Counted from the first letter of the stretch, positions 11,972-24,683 are shown. The stretch: DNA of 64,000 bases from Octopus vulgaris (GCA_951406725.2 OX597815.1:195920001-195984000); one strand, 5' to 3'. Program-made: numbers and translations. Notes: a model not told the origin generated them from the sequence alone.

Positions 11972-12194
11972 ACAAAATACATTTCGATTTATATACATAT
12001 ACACAAATATATATATATATAACTATATATATGCGCACGTGTGTGTTTTGTGCTCTGAGTCACCAACCCTTGTTGCTTTTCTCCTTTTGTTCCACTCGAT
12101 GTCCACTTAAATTTCTGTGATGTGAATGCACTGTCTCCAGAAATAAATGCTTTCAAATTTTTTCATAATGTCAGCCATTTTGGTGATGGGGATG

Positions 12195-13140
12195 AATCGA
12201 TTAACAGAGTTCAATTGGTACTTAATTTATCGATCCCGAAAGGATGAAAAGCAAAGTAGACCACGGCAGAATTTGAACTCAGAACCTAGCGGCTGACGAA
12301 ATACCGCTAAGAATTTCGCCTGGCGTGCTAACTATTCTGCCAGCTCGCCACCTTGTTTACAGTAATAAATACTCTTTTCTAATCTACACACAAGACACGA
12401 AATTTTGAGGAAGGGGGTCAGTCGATTAGATCGACCCTGGTACGCAACTGGTATTTAATTTATCGACCCCGAAGTGATGAAAGACAAAGTCGAATTCGGC
12501 TGAATTTGAACTCAGAACGTTAAAGACAATCGAAATACCTATTTCTTTATCACCCACAAGGGGCTACACACAGATGGGACAAACAGGGAAAGACAAACGG
12601 ATTAAATCGATTCTATAGACCCCAGTGCGTATCTGGTACTTATTGAATCGATCTCGAAAGGATGAGAGGCAAAGTCGACCTCGGCGGAATTTGAACTCAG
12701 AACGTAGCGGCAGACGAAATACCTATTTCTTTACTACCCACAAGGGGCTAAACACGGAGAGGACAAACAAGGACAGGCAAACGGATTAAGTCGATTAGAT
12801 CAACCCCAGTGCGTAACTGGTACTTAATTTATCGACCCCGAAAGGATGAAAGGCAAAGTCGACCTCGGCGGAATTTGAACACAGAACGTAGTGGCAGACG
12901 AAATACCTATTTCTTTACTACCCACAAGGGGCTAAACACAGAGAGGACAAACAAGGACAGACAAACGGATTAAGTCGATTAGATCAACTCCAGTGCGTAA
13001 CTGGTATTTAATTTATCGACCCCGAAAGGATGAATGGCAAAGTCGAGCTCGGCGGAATTTGAACTCAGAACGTAGCGGCAGTAGAAATACCGCTAAGCAT
13101 TTCGCCCGGCGTGCTAACCTTTCAATTAGCTCGCCTCCTT
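12195..13140 (-). mobile_element. SINE family C: multimer with 184-bp internal tandem units (12375-13140) plus a partial copy (12195-12354)
   Basis: Unit landmark ATTTCTTTA recurs at 12541, 12725 and 12909. Confidence 0.9.
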
Positions 13141-13655
13141 GTTTCCAGTAATAAATATTGATCTTACTGTTACGAACAGCTTTTCCAGCAAAAATATATA
13201 ATAGATAACTATCCTCTTTGCTATTATTCCTACCCACGCTGTCACATGTTCTGAACAGACTTGCTGAGAAAGTGGAAGTGTATACTCCTCTTGTTTGCGC
13301 ACCAATTTCCTGAGAATGCTGTAACATATTTAATTCCGTTCTTTTTGGCGTGTCTGCTACTCAACCGCAATTTTCTTTCATTAATTCTTATATGTATATT
13401 CTTTCTTCCTGCTGTCCTACATATATATTCTCCGCCAATCCTACCCACGCCCAAGTCATGAACTCTACTACTTGCAGTGCCACTATGACACCTCACTCAT
13501 CCATGTAGGGCTTGATATGTATACATGCAGCACCCTTATCTCAAAGGAAACGTGTGTAGGTGTGTGTGTATCTTTGCGTGTATATATATATATATATGTG
13601 TGTGTGTGTATATATATATAAATTAAAGGACGAATCCACATTCAACCTTTATACA

Positions 13656-13693
<38 letters not shown>

Positions 13694-13741
13694 CATATGG
13701 GTGTGCTTGTGTGAGTATGCAAGTACTATATGTATATACAC

Positions 13742-13810
<69 letters not shown>

Positions 13811-14291
13811 CGTGTGCGTAGAACCTACGTTATTCTACTTTTTCTTAAAAAATGTAATAGCCTTTATATCTACTCTTGGATAGAAGAACATTATTTTACC
13901 CTCTCATATTAAGATTACTAGAACGTGCATATAAATCTTATATACTCATGGTCCGAACTATTTACATTGTTTGCAGCTTATTTTTTAAAAACATTTACAT
14001 GGCCGTATAAACCAAAATAAACTAAGAGGTTAATTGCAAAAAATTCCTTCAGCGCACATCAAGAACACCGGTCAACTAACATTTAATGCATCATTCTGGC
14101 ATCCGCAGCTAAATCTACTCTAAAATTAATCTGGATTTCACAGAACTAAGATCAATTTCAGAATATCCTTGTCCATTTTCATACGCTAAAACCACTTAAA
14201 CTTTCCACTACATAATTAATTTTCTTAATTTCTCATTAGTCCCGTCAATTCTATCGTACACACCTTATTATCGCTAAAGTTTAAGTAACAT

Positions 14292-14498
14292 CAGGCAAAT
14301 CTTCCGCCAGCTGGTTATCGGTACAGCGTTGCACCCTATTTATTTCTAGCAGGGAGAACGAACCCCTACAGTCATCTAGTAGACAACAGGATCACGAGAC
14401 TGACTCAGTTTCGAGCTGGTTGGCTCATTCTCAGTCGCAAGTGCCTCGGGTTTAATCCCAGCGCTACACTGATAACCAGCTGGCGGAAGATCAGCCTG
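14292..14498. repeat. ~40-bp inverted repeat enclosing an HHR-like motif
   Basis: ATCTTCCGCCAGCTGGTTATC (14299-14319) is the perfect reverse complement of 14471-14491, with imperfect extensions. Confidence 0.85.
14392..14440 (-). ncRNA. Variant or degenerate hammerhead motif (HHR5)
   Basis: Minus strand: TTGCGA-CTGAGAA-T-GAGC-CAACCA-GCTC-GAAA-CTGAGTCAG-TC-TCGTGA. All three stems form, but core G8 is A. Confidence 0.55.
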
Positions 14499-14649
14499 GG
14501 GTTAAACGAAATTAACTTCCTAATGCCAAAGCATAACCAGATACTATTAAATAGGGCTTTTTACAAATGAGGACAAAATTCCCTTGCAATGTAATAATAT
14601 ACTGTTTAACCACCTGCTTTTTGAAAACTGGTTCCCTCGCACCCACACT

Positions 14650-14860
14650 CTTTTACTCGTTTACTTCTTTCAGTCATTTGACTGCGGCCATGCTGGAGCA
14701 CCTCCTTTAGTCGAGCAAATCGATCCTAGGACTTATTCCTTGTAAGCCTAGTACTTATTCTATCAGACTCTTTTCCTAAATCGCTAAGTTACGGGGACGT
14801 AAACACACCACCATCGGTTGTCAAGCGATGGTGGCGGGACAAACAGACACACAGACACGC

Positions 14861-14939
<79 letters not shown>

Positions 14940-15110
14940 CATATATACGACGGGCTTCTTTCAGTTTCCGTCAACCAAATCCACTCACAAGACTTTGGTC
15001 GGCCCGAGGCTATAGTAGAACACACTCGCGCAAGGTGCCACGCAGTGGGACTGAACTCGGAACCATGTGGCTGTTTAAGCAAGCTACTTACCACACAGCC
15101 ACTCCTGTGC
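14650..15110 (-). mobile_element. SINE family B
   Basis: Full-length match to the other family B copies. Confidence 0.9.
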
Positions 15111-15663
15111 CTTATCCTGTTCATTTATCTAATATGTTCCAGTGGCAAACCAGTTACTCGTTTCCTCAAGTTTACAAACGTCTCCGCTTCAACTTTGTAT
15201 GCAAGCTTTAACTTAACAATAAACTCGTCAGTTGATTTTAAGATAAGTTCCTCTAACGTATACCTAATTATCCTTGCCGGTTACCTTTATTTGGCAACCT
15301 TCCCCATAATCTTTCTCAAATTTTTATTTATAATAATATATCAGTGTTTTAATCAAATCATTGGATTTGTTATTGACAGACAAGCTTCGCGGCTACAATT
15401 TTTGTGAATTTGTTTACTACTCCACTAATATTCATTTTAACTACTATATAATCTACTTAAAATATAAGGATAATTGTAATAAAGTTTTTTGATATAAGAG
15501 AATTTAACTCAGAAAATGCTTCTTCGGAGAAGTGAAAAGACACTTGTTAGAATTTTGAAGAGCGTAATATAGAGTTTCGTGGCTGGCACATTTAAACTTT
15601 AAGATATACATGCCTTCTTTATTGTTTCCGTCCCAAAGTGTATTTTTTCCCTTTACTTCAAAA

Positions 15664-16055
15664 CTAGCAGTATCACCCGGCGTTGCTCGGGTTTGTTTCG
15701 AGCCTTTAGAATTGGAAGTTTTGAAAAGAAAAACATTTGCATTATGTAGCTTGTTATTCTCTTTAAGCGAAGATTTTTCTGGTTGAAATACACCGTAAAA
15801 TGGCAACACAGCAGTAAAAAAATCGTCAAAAATAGGGATTTTCATAGAAAAAAAAGCACCTTTTTGATGTAAATATTTTTTGCTGTTAACAGGTCTGATT
15901 TGAATTTTGTCTTCTACTGAAGGAAGAGCAAGCCTTCTTCTATCATACTTTCAATTTTGGTCAACTTGCGCTGCAGGGTCTCGGAGGAGATAGTGTTAGT
16001 TGAAGGCTACCAAACCTGCCATACACAGACAACTTCAGCTTTATATATAGAGAGA
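15664..16055 (-). mobile_element. Non-autonomous Helitron
   Basis: Minus strand begins TC(TCTCTATATATAAAG) and ends with hairpin CCCGAGCAACGCCGGG then CTAG; inserted between A and T with no TSD. Confidence 0.8.
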
Positions 16056-16553
16056 TAAGTCTGAATATAAGTTAATACATATAAAGTATTGCAGATTTTA
16101 TTAGTTTCTTATTGCAGATTTTGTTATACGTCATAGATTGTAATTGTAAATAAGTCTGCCATATTATTTACTCAGGATGTTTACTATTTTATCAGCCATG
16201 CTGACAAAATACACGCTGTTCTTCATGTACATATATTTCTTATTAAAATAGACAATATTTTGCGCAGATTTAATTACTTTTTATAAGTTACGATTTATTG
16301 CAAATTCTTGGTGTAGTTGGCATGAATCTAATTAAAAAATAACCTAATCAAATTACATCAGTGATTAAACATTATATATTTCAGCTTCCTTCTACCAAGG
16401 ATGTGATTTTCTTCATAACTACAGAAACATCTGCGGAATGTCAGATGGCATATTTCAGATAAAATTTGTGAGAATGTAAAGAAAATTAACATATTGCACT
16501 CATTTTGAGCGTATTTTCATTAGGTGAATATTATATGAAAAGAAAAAGATATA

Positions 16554-16778
16554 TATTTCTTTACTACCCACAAGGGGCTAAACACAGAGAGGACAAACAA
16601 GGACAGACAAAGGGATTAAGTCGATTACATCGACCCCAGTGCGCAACTGGTACTTAATTTATCGACCCCGAAAGGATGAAAGGCAAAGTCGACCTCGGCA
16701 TAATTCGAACTCAGAATGTAACGGCAGACGAAATACGGCCACGCATTTCGCCCAGCGTGCTAACGATTCTGCCAGCTT
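16554..16778 (-). mobile_element. SINE family C monomer
   Basis: Match to family C. Confidence 0.88.
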
Positions 16779-16947
16779 GGGCAGAGTGGCTGTGCGGTAA
16801 GTAGCTTGCTTACGAACAACATGGTTCCGGGTTCAGTCCCACTGCATGACACCTTGGGCAAGTGTCTTCTACTATAGCCTCGGGCCGAGCAAAGCCATGT
16901 GAGTGGAATTGGTAGACGGAAACTGAAAGAAGCCCGTCGTATATATG

Positions 16948-16980
<33 letters not shown>

Positions 16981-17672
16981 TTGTGTGTCTGTGTTTGTTC
17001 CCCTAGCATTGCTTGACAACCGATGCTGGTGTGTTTACGGTCCCCGTCACTTAGCGGTTCGGCAAAAAGAGACCGATAGAATAAGTACTGGGCTTACAAA
17101 AAGAATAAGTCCCGGGGTCGAGTTGCTCGACTAAAGGCGGTGCTCCAGCATGGCCGCAGTCAAATGACTGAAACAAGTAAAAGAGAAAAAGATAAATATT
17201 GCACTCGTTTTGAGCGTATTTTCATTAGGTGAATATTATATGAAAAAAAAAAAAAGATATAGTGGGCAGAGTGGCTGTGTGGTAAGTAGCTTGCTTACGA
17301 ACAACATGGTTCCGGGTTCAGTCCCACTGCATGGCACCTTGGGCAAGTGTCTTCTACTATAGCCTCGGGCCGAGCAAAGCCATGTGAGTGGATTCGGTAG
17401 ACGGAAACTGAAAGAAGCCCGTCGTATATATGTATATATATATGTGTATGTGTGTGTATATGTTTGTGTATCTGTGTCTGTTCCCCCAACATCGCTTGAC
17501 AACCGATGCTGGCGTGTTTCCGTCCCCGTAACTTAGCTGTTCGGCAAAAGAGAACGATAGAATAAGTTCTAGGCTTACAAAGAAAAAGTGCTGGGGTCGA
17601 TTTGCTCGACTAAAAGGTGGTGCTACAGCATGGCCGCAGTCAAATGACTGAAGCAAGTAAAAGAGTAAAGAG
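16779..17672 (+). mobile_element. Two tandem SINE family B copies (16779-17190, 17263-17672)
   Basis: Match to family B; both share private 5' variants. Confidence 0.9.
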
Positions 17673-17848
17673 TATAACACAAAATTAAAAGCAAATAAAT
17701 CCGTATAGAATTCTGACCACACGCGCTAAGTAAAAATCTCATACGAGATATTCTGAAATATTTAGAGAAAAAAAAGGCACACACACACACTACCACCATC
17801 ACTACCATACACATGCCTGTATGCATGCATATATAACTTTATCTAAAT

Positions 17849-17879
<31 letters not shown>

Positions 17880-17880
<1 letters not shown>

Positions 17881-18135
17881 ATGTGATCACGTGACCGACC
17901 AGATGTTGTTACACACCGCTGGTCATAATTCACTTTGCATCGTTTTAGCCTTCAAATGACGCCACCCCGCTGGCTAAGCGAGCAGGCCAACAGAAGAAAG
18001 AGTGAGAGAAATTTGTGGCGAAAGAGTACAGCAGGGATCGCCACCAACCCCTGCCGTAGCATCGTGGAACTTTTAGGTGTTTTCGTTCAATAAACACTCA
18101 CAACACCCGGTCTGGGAATCGAAACCGCGATCCTA

Positions 18136-18138
<3 letters not shown>
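17880..18138 (-). mobile_element. SINE family A, tail type 1, 5'-truncated, in (TA)n
   Basis: Match to 5239-5540. Confidence 0.88.
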
Positions 18139-18200
<62 letters not shown>

Positions 18201-19905
18201 GCTTATTCGTTCGCCCGTTGCACATTAGTTAATTAGAGAAAAGGAGGTGGAGTGAGTGAGAGATGGAGGAAAGGAGAGTAAGGGAGAGAGAAAGTGAGAG
18301 AGAACGGGAGGAGTGAAGAAAAAAGAGAGGAAGTAGAGAATGGTGATTAATATTAATATTCATAGGCCAAATGGTCACGTGGTCAGCTGAAGGTAGAGGC
18401 AAAAACGAGAGAAAAAGAAGACGTGAGAAAAAAGAGGGAGAAAGGTGGGGTGAGGAAGGTATACTTATTACGTGGTTAAAAAGTTAGCTGAAGGGGAAGG
18501 TAGATAGATGAACAGGGGAGGCAGTTATATTAACAGAGAGAGAAAGAAAGAGAGGGAGGGAGAAAGAGTGGCAGATAGCGGTGGTGGTGGTAGTGGTGGT
18601 GTGTTAATAGTGCAAAGTATTTTTTATTGAGCTAATTTTTTTTTTAGCGACCGTCGCTCGAAGCATGCGCATAAGTGTAATTATTTATCGTCTGCTCGCT
18701 TAAAAAAAATTTGATATTTCTTTATAAGGTTTAATTTAGCCTAAACTCTGGATCCACAACAAACACAGTTGCAAGCTGCCCGAGAAAGGATGCGCAAATA
18801 TAGAACACGGATCAGAGAAGAACTGCGAGAAAATATAATGAAAAGAGAAAAAAAGATAATATCGACGGAGACGGGAGGAGATGAATGTAGATGAACGTCA
18901 AGAATAATTGAAGAACGCTAAACTATGAATGATAAAAAAACGCAAATCATCCTCTTAATTTTTCCATTCTATGCAATGTCCACGGGTCCCACTTCTTATA
19001 ATTATTCTGTTAAGCTGAGAAAAGTAAGCATTGCTTCTGGAGGCAGGAGACTAGAATTTTAATGAAAACGTTACTATTTTAGGTTAAATGAAAGCTTATA
19101 GTAACGGATACTATTTTTTTCCGACTGTTAGGCATTCAGAAGCGAGGTTCAAAGGACTTCCTTTTTCTCTTGAAGACGCTGCGTGATAATACACTATCAA
19201 AGTAGGCGGCATCGTCTTTTAATATTATTGGATGAAGATATAGTCAAGCGGATACTCTTTTAACAGGGTCACTAAAACTATTTCTGAGGTGACCGAGCTT
19301 CTCGTGTATGTAGCAAATAGGTCGAATGAGATATCAATACAATTTACTAATGTCAGATTAGCTTTAAAATTTTATCCATCATCATTGAACCATCGGTTAA
19401 AATTCTTCCAAATTTTACTGGTTTAGCAAGAAATTTGGATTGCGCTTTTTTGGTAGCAACAAGCTGTTATGTATTTTGGTGATAGTGAACTAGATTCGAG
19501 AATGAGGAAATAGCTAAAACAGTTTCAAGGATCGTACCAAATACGCTTGCTTCTATATTCAGTCAGCATTATCGACTCAAGATATTTTGTCAATATTTGT
19601 TTCTTGTAAATAATTTGAGACTTGAAGATAATTAGTAATATTATTTCATAAATGTTTGGAAGGACCCTTCAGTAGTAGAAAGCCTTAAGGAAGAGCACCT
19701 TCTTTATTCACGCTCAAATAGACGTATTTATATATTTCATTGTTTAATATGAATACAGTTTCCTATACTTCCATAGAAATACAGCCACAACAATTGTGTA
19801 CACATTTTATCTATTTGTATTTCTATCTTGGTATTATATTCATTGTCAGGATATTATCTTTAAGCACACACATACATTGAAAATGCGCCCTTGTTTTATA
19901 TAAAT

Positions 19906-19949
<44 letters not shown>

Positions 19950-19954
<5 letters not shown>

Positions 19955-20570
19955 TAAAATCAGGGTAATAAAGATTTTAGAAATTTTTACTACTTGTCGT
20001 CAAGCGTGTAGAAAAATTAGTCAATAGACTATATATTATTCATATAAATACAGTGTATATTTAAACACGTAAGAAGTATCCGGCATAGGATTCCTTTCAC
20101 GCTAGAAGGAATAGCTAAAGTTTATATATATATTTATGTATATTCATTTTGCCTCTACGGTTATAGCTTATAGCTTGCAGCCACTAACATTAATATGTCT
20201 TATAGGTAAAACTGTTCTTTATTTATTTTTGAAAAAGAAAATCATATTCACTTCATTCACTTTTCGCAGTGCGGCTTGGCCACTGAAACGAACATAGGCT
20301 TTAGTAGAAAGTGATATATGAGTGTTTGTTACTAGTAGACATGACTGAGGAGAAACAAGGCAGTTTTGGGCGCAAGAATTCGAAATAGGGGTATCAAGTT
20401 AACTGATATTCCTGCTTGCAATTTTGTAGTGATAATCCTTATTTCACTGAATTTTTTTTCCAACCATGCCTGAGAAAATATTATGTTACCTTTTGCGATT
20501 TACGAGTATTTTGACTCCTATGTTTAGCAAAGCTAGTGTTTTTGAATAAGCTTCCTTGTGGTATATAATT
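19950..20570 (+). mobile_element. pLTR-like unit: inverted tail segment homologous to unit 1 (19950-20133) + HHR-bearing body
   Basis: 19950-20133 aligns in reverse to 4055-4128 continuing into 3639-3740. The body's 3' part shares CTATGTTTAGCA..TTGTGGTA with unit 2. Confidence 0.6.
20342..20396 (+). ncRNA. Degenerate hammerhead motif (HHR6)
   Basis: TGA-CTGAGGA-GAA..TTC-GAAA-TAGGGG-TA-TCA; weak stems II and III. Confidence 0.45.
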
Positions 20571-20682
20571 GTCATATATATATAACGGGAAGGTTTACGA
20601 AAATAAACAAAAGACGAAGGCAGGTGGAGTACAAACAAACAGATGTATTAGTATGGCGCTCAGGAATAGAAATAGAACAAGT

Positions 20683-20718
20683 CTTTTACGTTTCGAGCCT
20701 ACGCACTTCGACAGAAAG
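20683..20718 (-). ncRNA. Ultra-minimal hammerhead-like motif (HHR7) in a ~230-bp unit (20575-20803) in (TA)n
   Basis: Minus strand: CTTT-CTGTCGA-A-GTGC-GTAG-GCTC-GAAA-CG-TA-AAAG. A6 is U and stem III is reduced to CG. Confidence 0.45.
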
Positions 20719-20800
20719 ATACACAGAATAAAAACAAGGAGAGAAACATGGAGAGAGAAAAAATGCGTGTAGGAGCTAACGATCTATCATGGCGTTCCAT

Positions 20801-20858
<58 letters not shown>

Positions 20859-20865
20859 CATATAT

Positions 20866-20963
<98 letters not shown>

Positions 20964-21639
20964 AATTTCTCTAACATTGCATATTGTTAACGTTATGCTA
21001 ATTGTCAAATATCTAGAATCAATCGTCTTTCATTCCCCATTTTAACCTAAATAATTACCGTATTTTGTTCGTTAATATTTATTTATTTATTTTTCTTTTC
21101 TTTTTCTCGTCTCATTCGCCTTCTTCATTTTCTTCCCCTCTTCTTCTACATTGTTACCAACGTTATTTCGTTTCGTTTCCCTTCCTGTTTTGTTTCTTGG
21201 CGCCTTCATAAGCAAATGTATTTCACACCACTCAACTCACACACTTCACCATTCGTAACAAGTACCATACATGACCAAGATTATCTTAGACAATCTAGTC
21301 AAAACCAATAAATTCATTAGCCGATATTTTAAAGATTCTTTCTCATTCTAACAATTAACGAGTCGCTCTCACCCTCCAATCTACATACCCTCTCACTGTC
21401 CGTTCACACATGAGTTCTGTGGTACAGAGTTATTTTTGTATTTTATGTTCTACTACCAACATTTTGTGAACAATGTTTTGACGCGTCGTCATTGCACATG
21501 AGTTCTACTCACTGCTACTAGATTTAGCTTAAATTTTATATATTATTAATTTAGACATCTGTTTGATTCTTCTCACCTGATGATGATGATAATAACAACA
21601 ACAACAATAATAATAATAATAATAATAATAACAATAATG

Positions 21640-21674
<35 letters not shown>

Positions 21675-21707
21675 GATAATAATAATAATGATAATAATAA
21701 TAATAAT

Positions 21708-23490
21708 ATAAATCATCTCGTTTACATGGATGATTTAAAGCTTTTTGCAAAAAATGATCAACAACTCAAGGGCTTACTAGCGATAGTCAAACAATTCAGT
21801 GACGACATCAGAATGCAATTCGGCCTCGATAAATGTGCAAAGGCTACCTTTATCAAAGGAAAAAATGACAGAAACATCTAACGTTAACCTTGACCAACAG
21901 AATGTCATAAAAGAACTAGACCCAGCGGAGAGCTACAAGTACCTAGGGATAATTGAAGGGAACGGAATAAGGCATTCAGAGATGAAGGAAAGGATCAGGA
22001 GAGAATGCTATCGAAGAGTGAGAGCAATACTCAAGACAGAGCTGAATGCAAGAAACAGGATCGAAGCAATCAATGCATTAGCTATACCAGTCGTGACTTA
22101 CAGTTTCAATATTGTTAACTGGTCAATTACTGAAATATGTCAGCTCGACAGAAAAATAAGGAAACTGTTGACAATGCATAGAATGCACCACCCTAAGGCA
22201 GATACAGAACGACTCTATCTGCCAAGAAAAGAGGGAGGCCGTGGTCTTTTGCAACTGGCAATAACAATGAAGATTGCTACAATTGGCCTAGACACCTACC
22301 TGAAAAACTCTGAGGACTGGATGCTAAAACTTGTCTCAAAACATGAAAACAAGAAAGCATCATACTCAGTCACAAAACAGGCAAAGGAATATCTAAGTGA
22401 ATTCCGAATACAACCAATTTCGGAGATAGATATACAAGAAACAAGCACAGAAAAAGCTAGGCGCATGAAAACCCGTGCCAAAACTGCGGCCTTAGATATT
22501 CTGAATAATAAATGGCAAGAAAAACCTCTCTATGGCAAATACCCAAAGAGAGCGAATAATGCAGATATCGACAAAGCCCTGACCCATCAATGGCTAATGG
22601 CCTCTGGCTTAAAATCTGAAACAGAGGGGTTTATCATAGCAGCTCAAGATCAATGCCTACCAACAAGAAACTACCAGGCCAACATATTAAAGATCAGAAG
22701 CAGTCCAACGTGTCGTGTATGCAAGCAACAAAATGAAACCATTGACCATGTGGTCTCCAAGTGCAGTCTTCTAGCGCCTACAGAGTATCTCAACAGGCAC
22801 GATAGAGCTGCACAATATATTCACTGGGTAATCTGTAAAAACCTGGATTTGCCCCGTGAAAAAAACTGGTGGGAACACAAACCACCCCCAGTGCTTGAAA
22901 ATGACCACATCTCACTCCTCTGGAACTTCACCATTCAAACTGACAGGAAGATAGATGCAAATAGGCCAGACATCATATTGAAAAACTTCAAACAAAGAAC
23001 ATGCCTCCTCATTGATATGACTGTCCCAATCGATATAAACGTATCTGTCAAGACCTACCAAAAACTGAGCAAATATAAAGATCTTGAAATAGAAATCAGC
23101 AAAATGTGGAAGCTGAAGACTAAAACAATACCTGTTGTCATAGGTGCCCTGGGAATGATAGCAAAAGGGGCTGATAGCTACCTAACTCAGATACCAGGAA
23201 ACCCAAAAATGGCAGAAGTTCAAAAGATAGTGCTCATGGGAACTGCTCATATCCTACGCAAAATACTCTCTATGTAATCTCAAGGTTTAAAACAAACATA
23301 ATTTTCGGTTTAAAAAAAAAAAAAACCCTTTTTTTTTTTTTTTTTTAGACATTCATTAGTACAACATCCCCACCCCCCAAATATATGGCACACTAGGCAT
23401 AACAACAACATGAACTTCCAACCCTGTTGTCTCTTGAGGTCTCTGGGTGAGACTTGGAGCCAACTTGTACAAATATAAAGCAAAAGTCAA

Positions 23491-23491
<1 letters not shown>
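21708..23491 (+). mobile_element. 5'-truncated R4/Dong-type non-LTR retrotransposon (RT C-terminus, CCHC finger, RLE), family 1
   Basis: HLVYMDDLKLF..FGLDKC (frameshift in the A-run near 21860), YKYLG, RLYLPRKEGGRGL, CRVC..ETIDHVVSKC, RHD, RPDII..LIDMTVP..KLSKY; stop at 23277; (TAA)n on both sides. Confidence 0.93.
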
Positions 23492-23566
<75 letters not shown>

Positions 23567-23569
23567 AAT

Positions 23570-23800
23570 AGGGACCTTTTGAGCGGGATGGGCTACTCAA
23601 CCTGAAGAAAATTCTAACTGGGCCGCACCTGCAAGGTCATGTGCTGTTTATCTTGATATGAGATCACCATGTCGCGAATATATGGTTGTGATGCATGTGC
23701 CTGGTGTACCTTTATCAGACGGGTAGTCATGATGGGTATATTGGGCTTCGTATATTTTACACCCAGTGTCACTTTCATGGCATGAACTGCTCTCTCACTC
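23570..23800 (+). mobile_element. Non-coding TAA-inserted element, 3' part
   Basis: Flanked by (TAA)n; overlaps in sequence with the distal part of 26785-27232. Confidence 0.65.
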
Positions 23801-23818
23801 AATAATAATAATAATAAC

Positions 23819-23865
<47 letters not shown>

Positions 23866-23874
23866 TAATAATAA

Positions 23875-23944
23875 TCGGGAAGACACTCGACAAGAAATGG
23901 AAGCAAATTTGAAAGAAGAAGAAAAAAAAGAAAAAAAAAAAAAA
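23875..23944 (+). mobile_element. Extreme 3'-UTR stub of R4/Dong family 4
   Basis: TCGGGAAGACACTCG.CAAGAAATGGAAG.AAATTTGAAAGAAG is nearly identical to ~26610-26663. Confidence 0.85.
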
Positions 23945-24001
23945 TAATAATAATAATAATGATAATAATAATAATAATAATAAATAATAATAATAATAAT
24001 A

Positions 24002-24103
<102 letters not shown>

Positions 24104-24158
24104 TTAGACGTCTGTTTGATTCTTTTCACCTGATGATGATGATAATAATAACAACAAC

Positions 24159-24229
<71 letters not shown>

Positions 24230-24231
<2 letters not shown>

Positions 24232-24602
24232 CTTTCTAATTGATGTATCAATACCGGCAGATGACAACGTGTCTCTAAAAGAAATGGAGAAACTTTCAAA
24301 ATACAAAGACCTGGAAATGGAGGTAACCAGAATGTGGAATCTAAAAACAGAAACAATTCCTATCATAATAGGTGCATTAGGCATGATAAAAAAATATTCA
24401 GACAAATACATAACAAAAACACCAGGACTTACAAACACATATAACATACAGAAAATTGCACTACTAGACACTGCACACATCCTACGCAGAACACTTTCCA
24501 TACAATAACCATCAGAGCTTCACAACAAATCACAGCACATACCCAAGGCACACAGAGCTGCGCTCGGTAGTGAAGTGAAGGCACGCTATAAAAATAAAAC
24601 TA

Positions 24603-24605
<3 letters not shown>
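24230..24605 (+). mobile_element. R4/Dong-type LINE 3' fragment, family 2
   Basis: CFLIDVSIP..KLSKYKDLEMEVTRMWNL..IPIIIGALG..IQKIALL..HILRRTLS; distinct 3' UTR. Confidence 0.9.

Positions 24606-24683
<78 letters not shown>

Larger units (their letters stand above)
11157..11992 (-). mobile_element. Non-coding unit 4 between TA-rich tracts, containing a tRNA-Phe fragment and a decayed HHR
   Basis: TA-rich repeats at both ends; tRNA-Phe 3' half near its 5' end; HHR-like motif at 11288-11369. Confidence 0.55.

Noticed and set aside
12541-13093. Regular repeats as a possible CRISPR-like array
   Set aside because: The units are contiguous 184-bp SINE-internal tandem copies with no unique spacers, in a eukaryotic context without cas genes.
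18190-19000. Possible Helitron remnant (TA-rich start, charged ORF trace, CACGGGTCCCAC near the end)
   Set aside because: The diagnostic CTAG end and hairpin are not clearly present.
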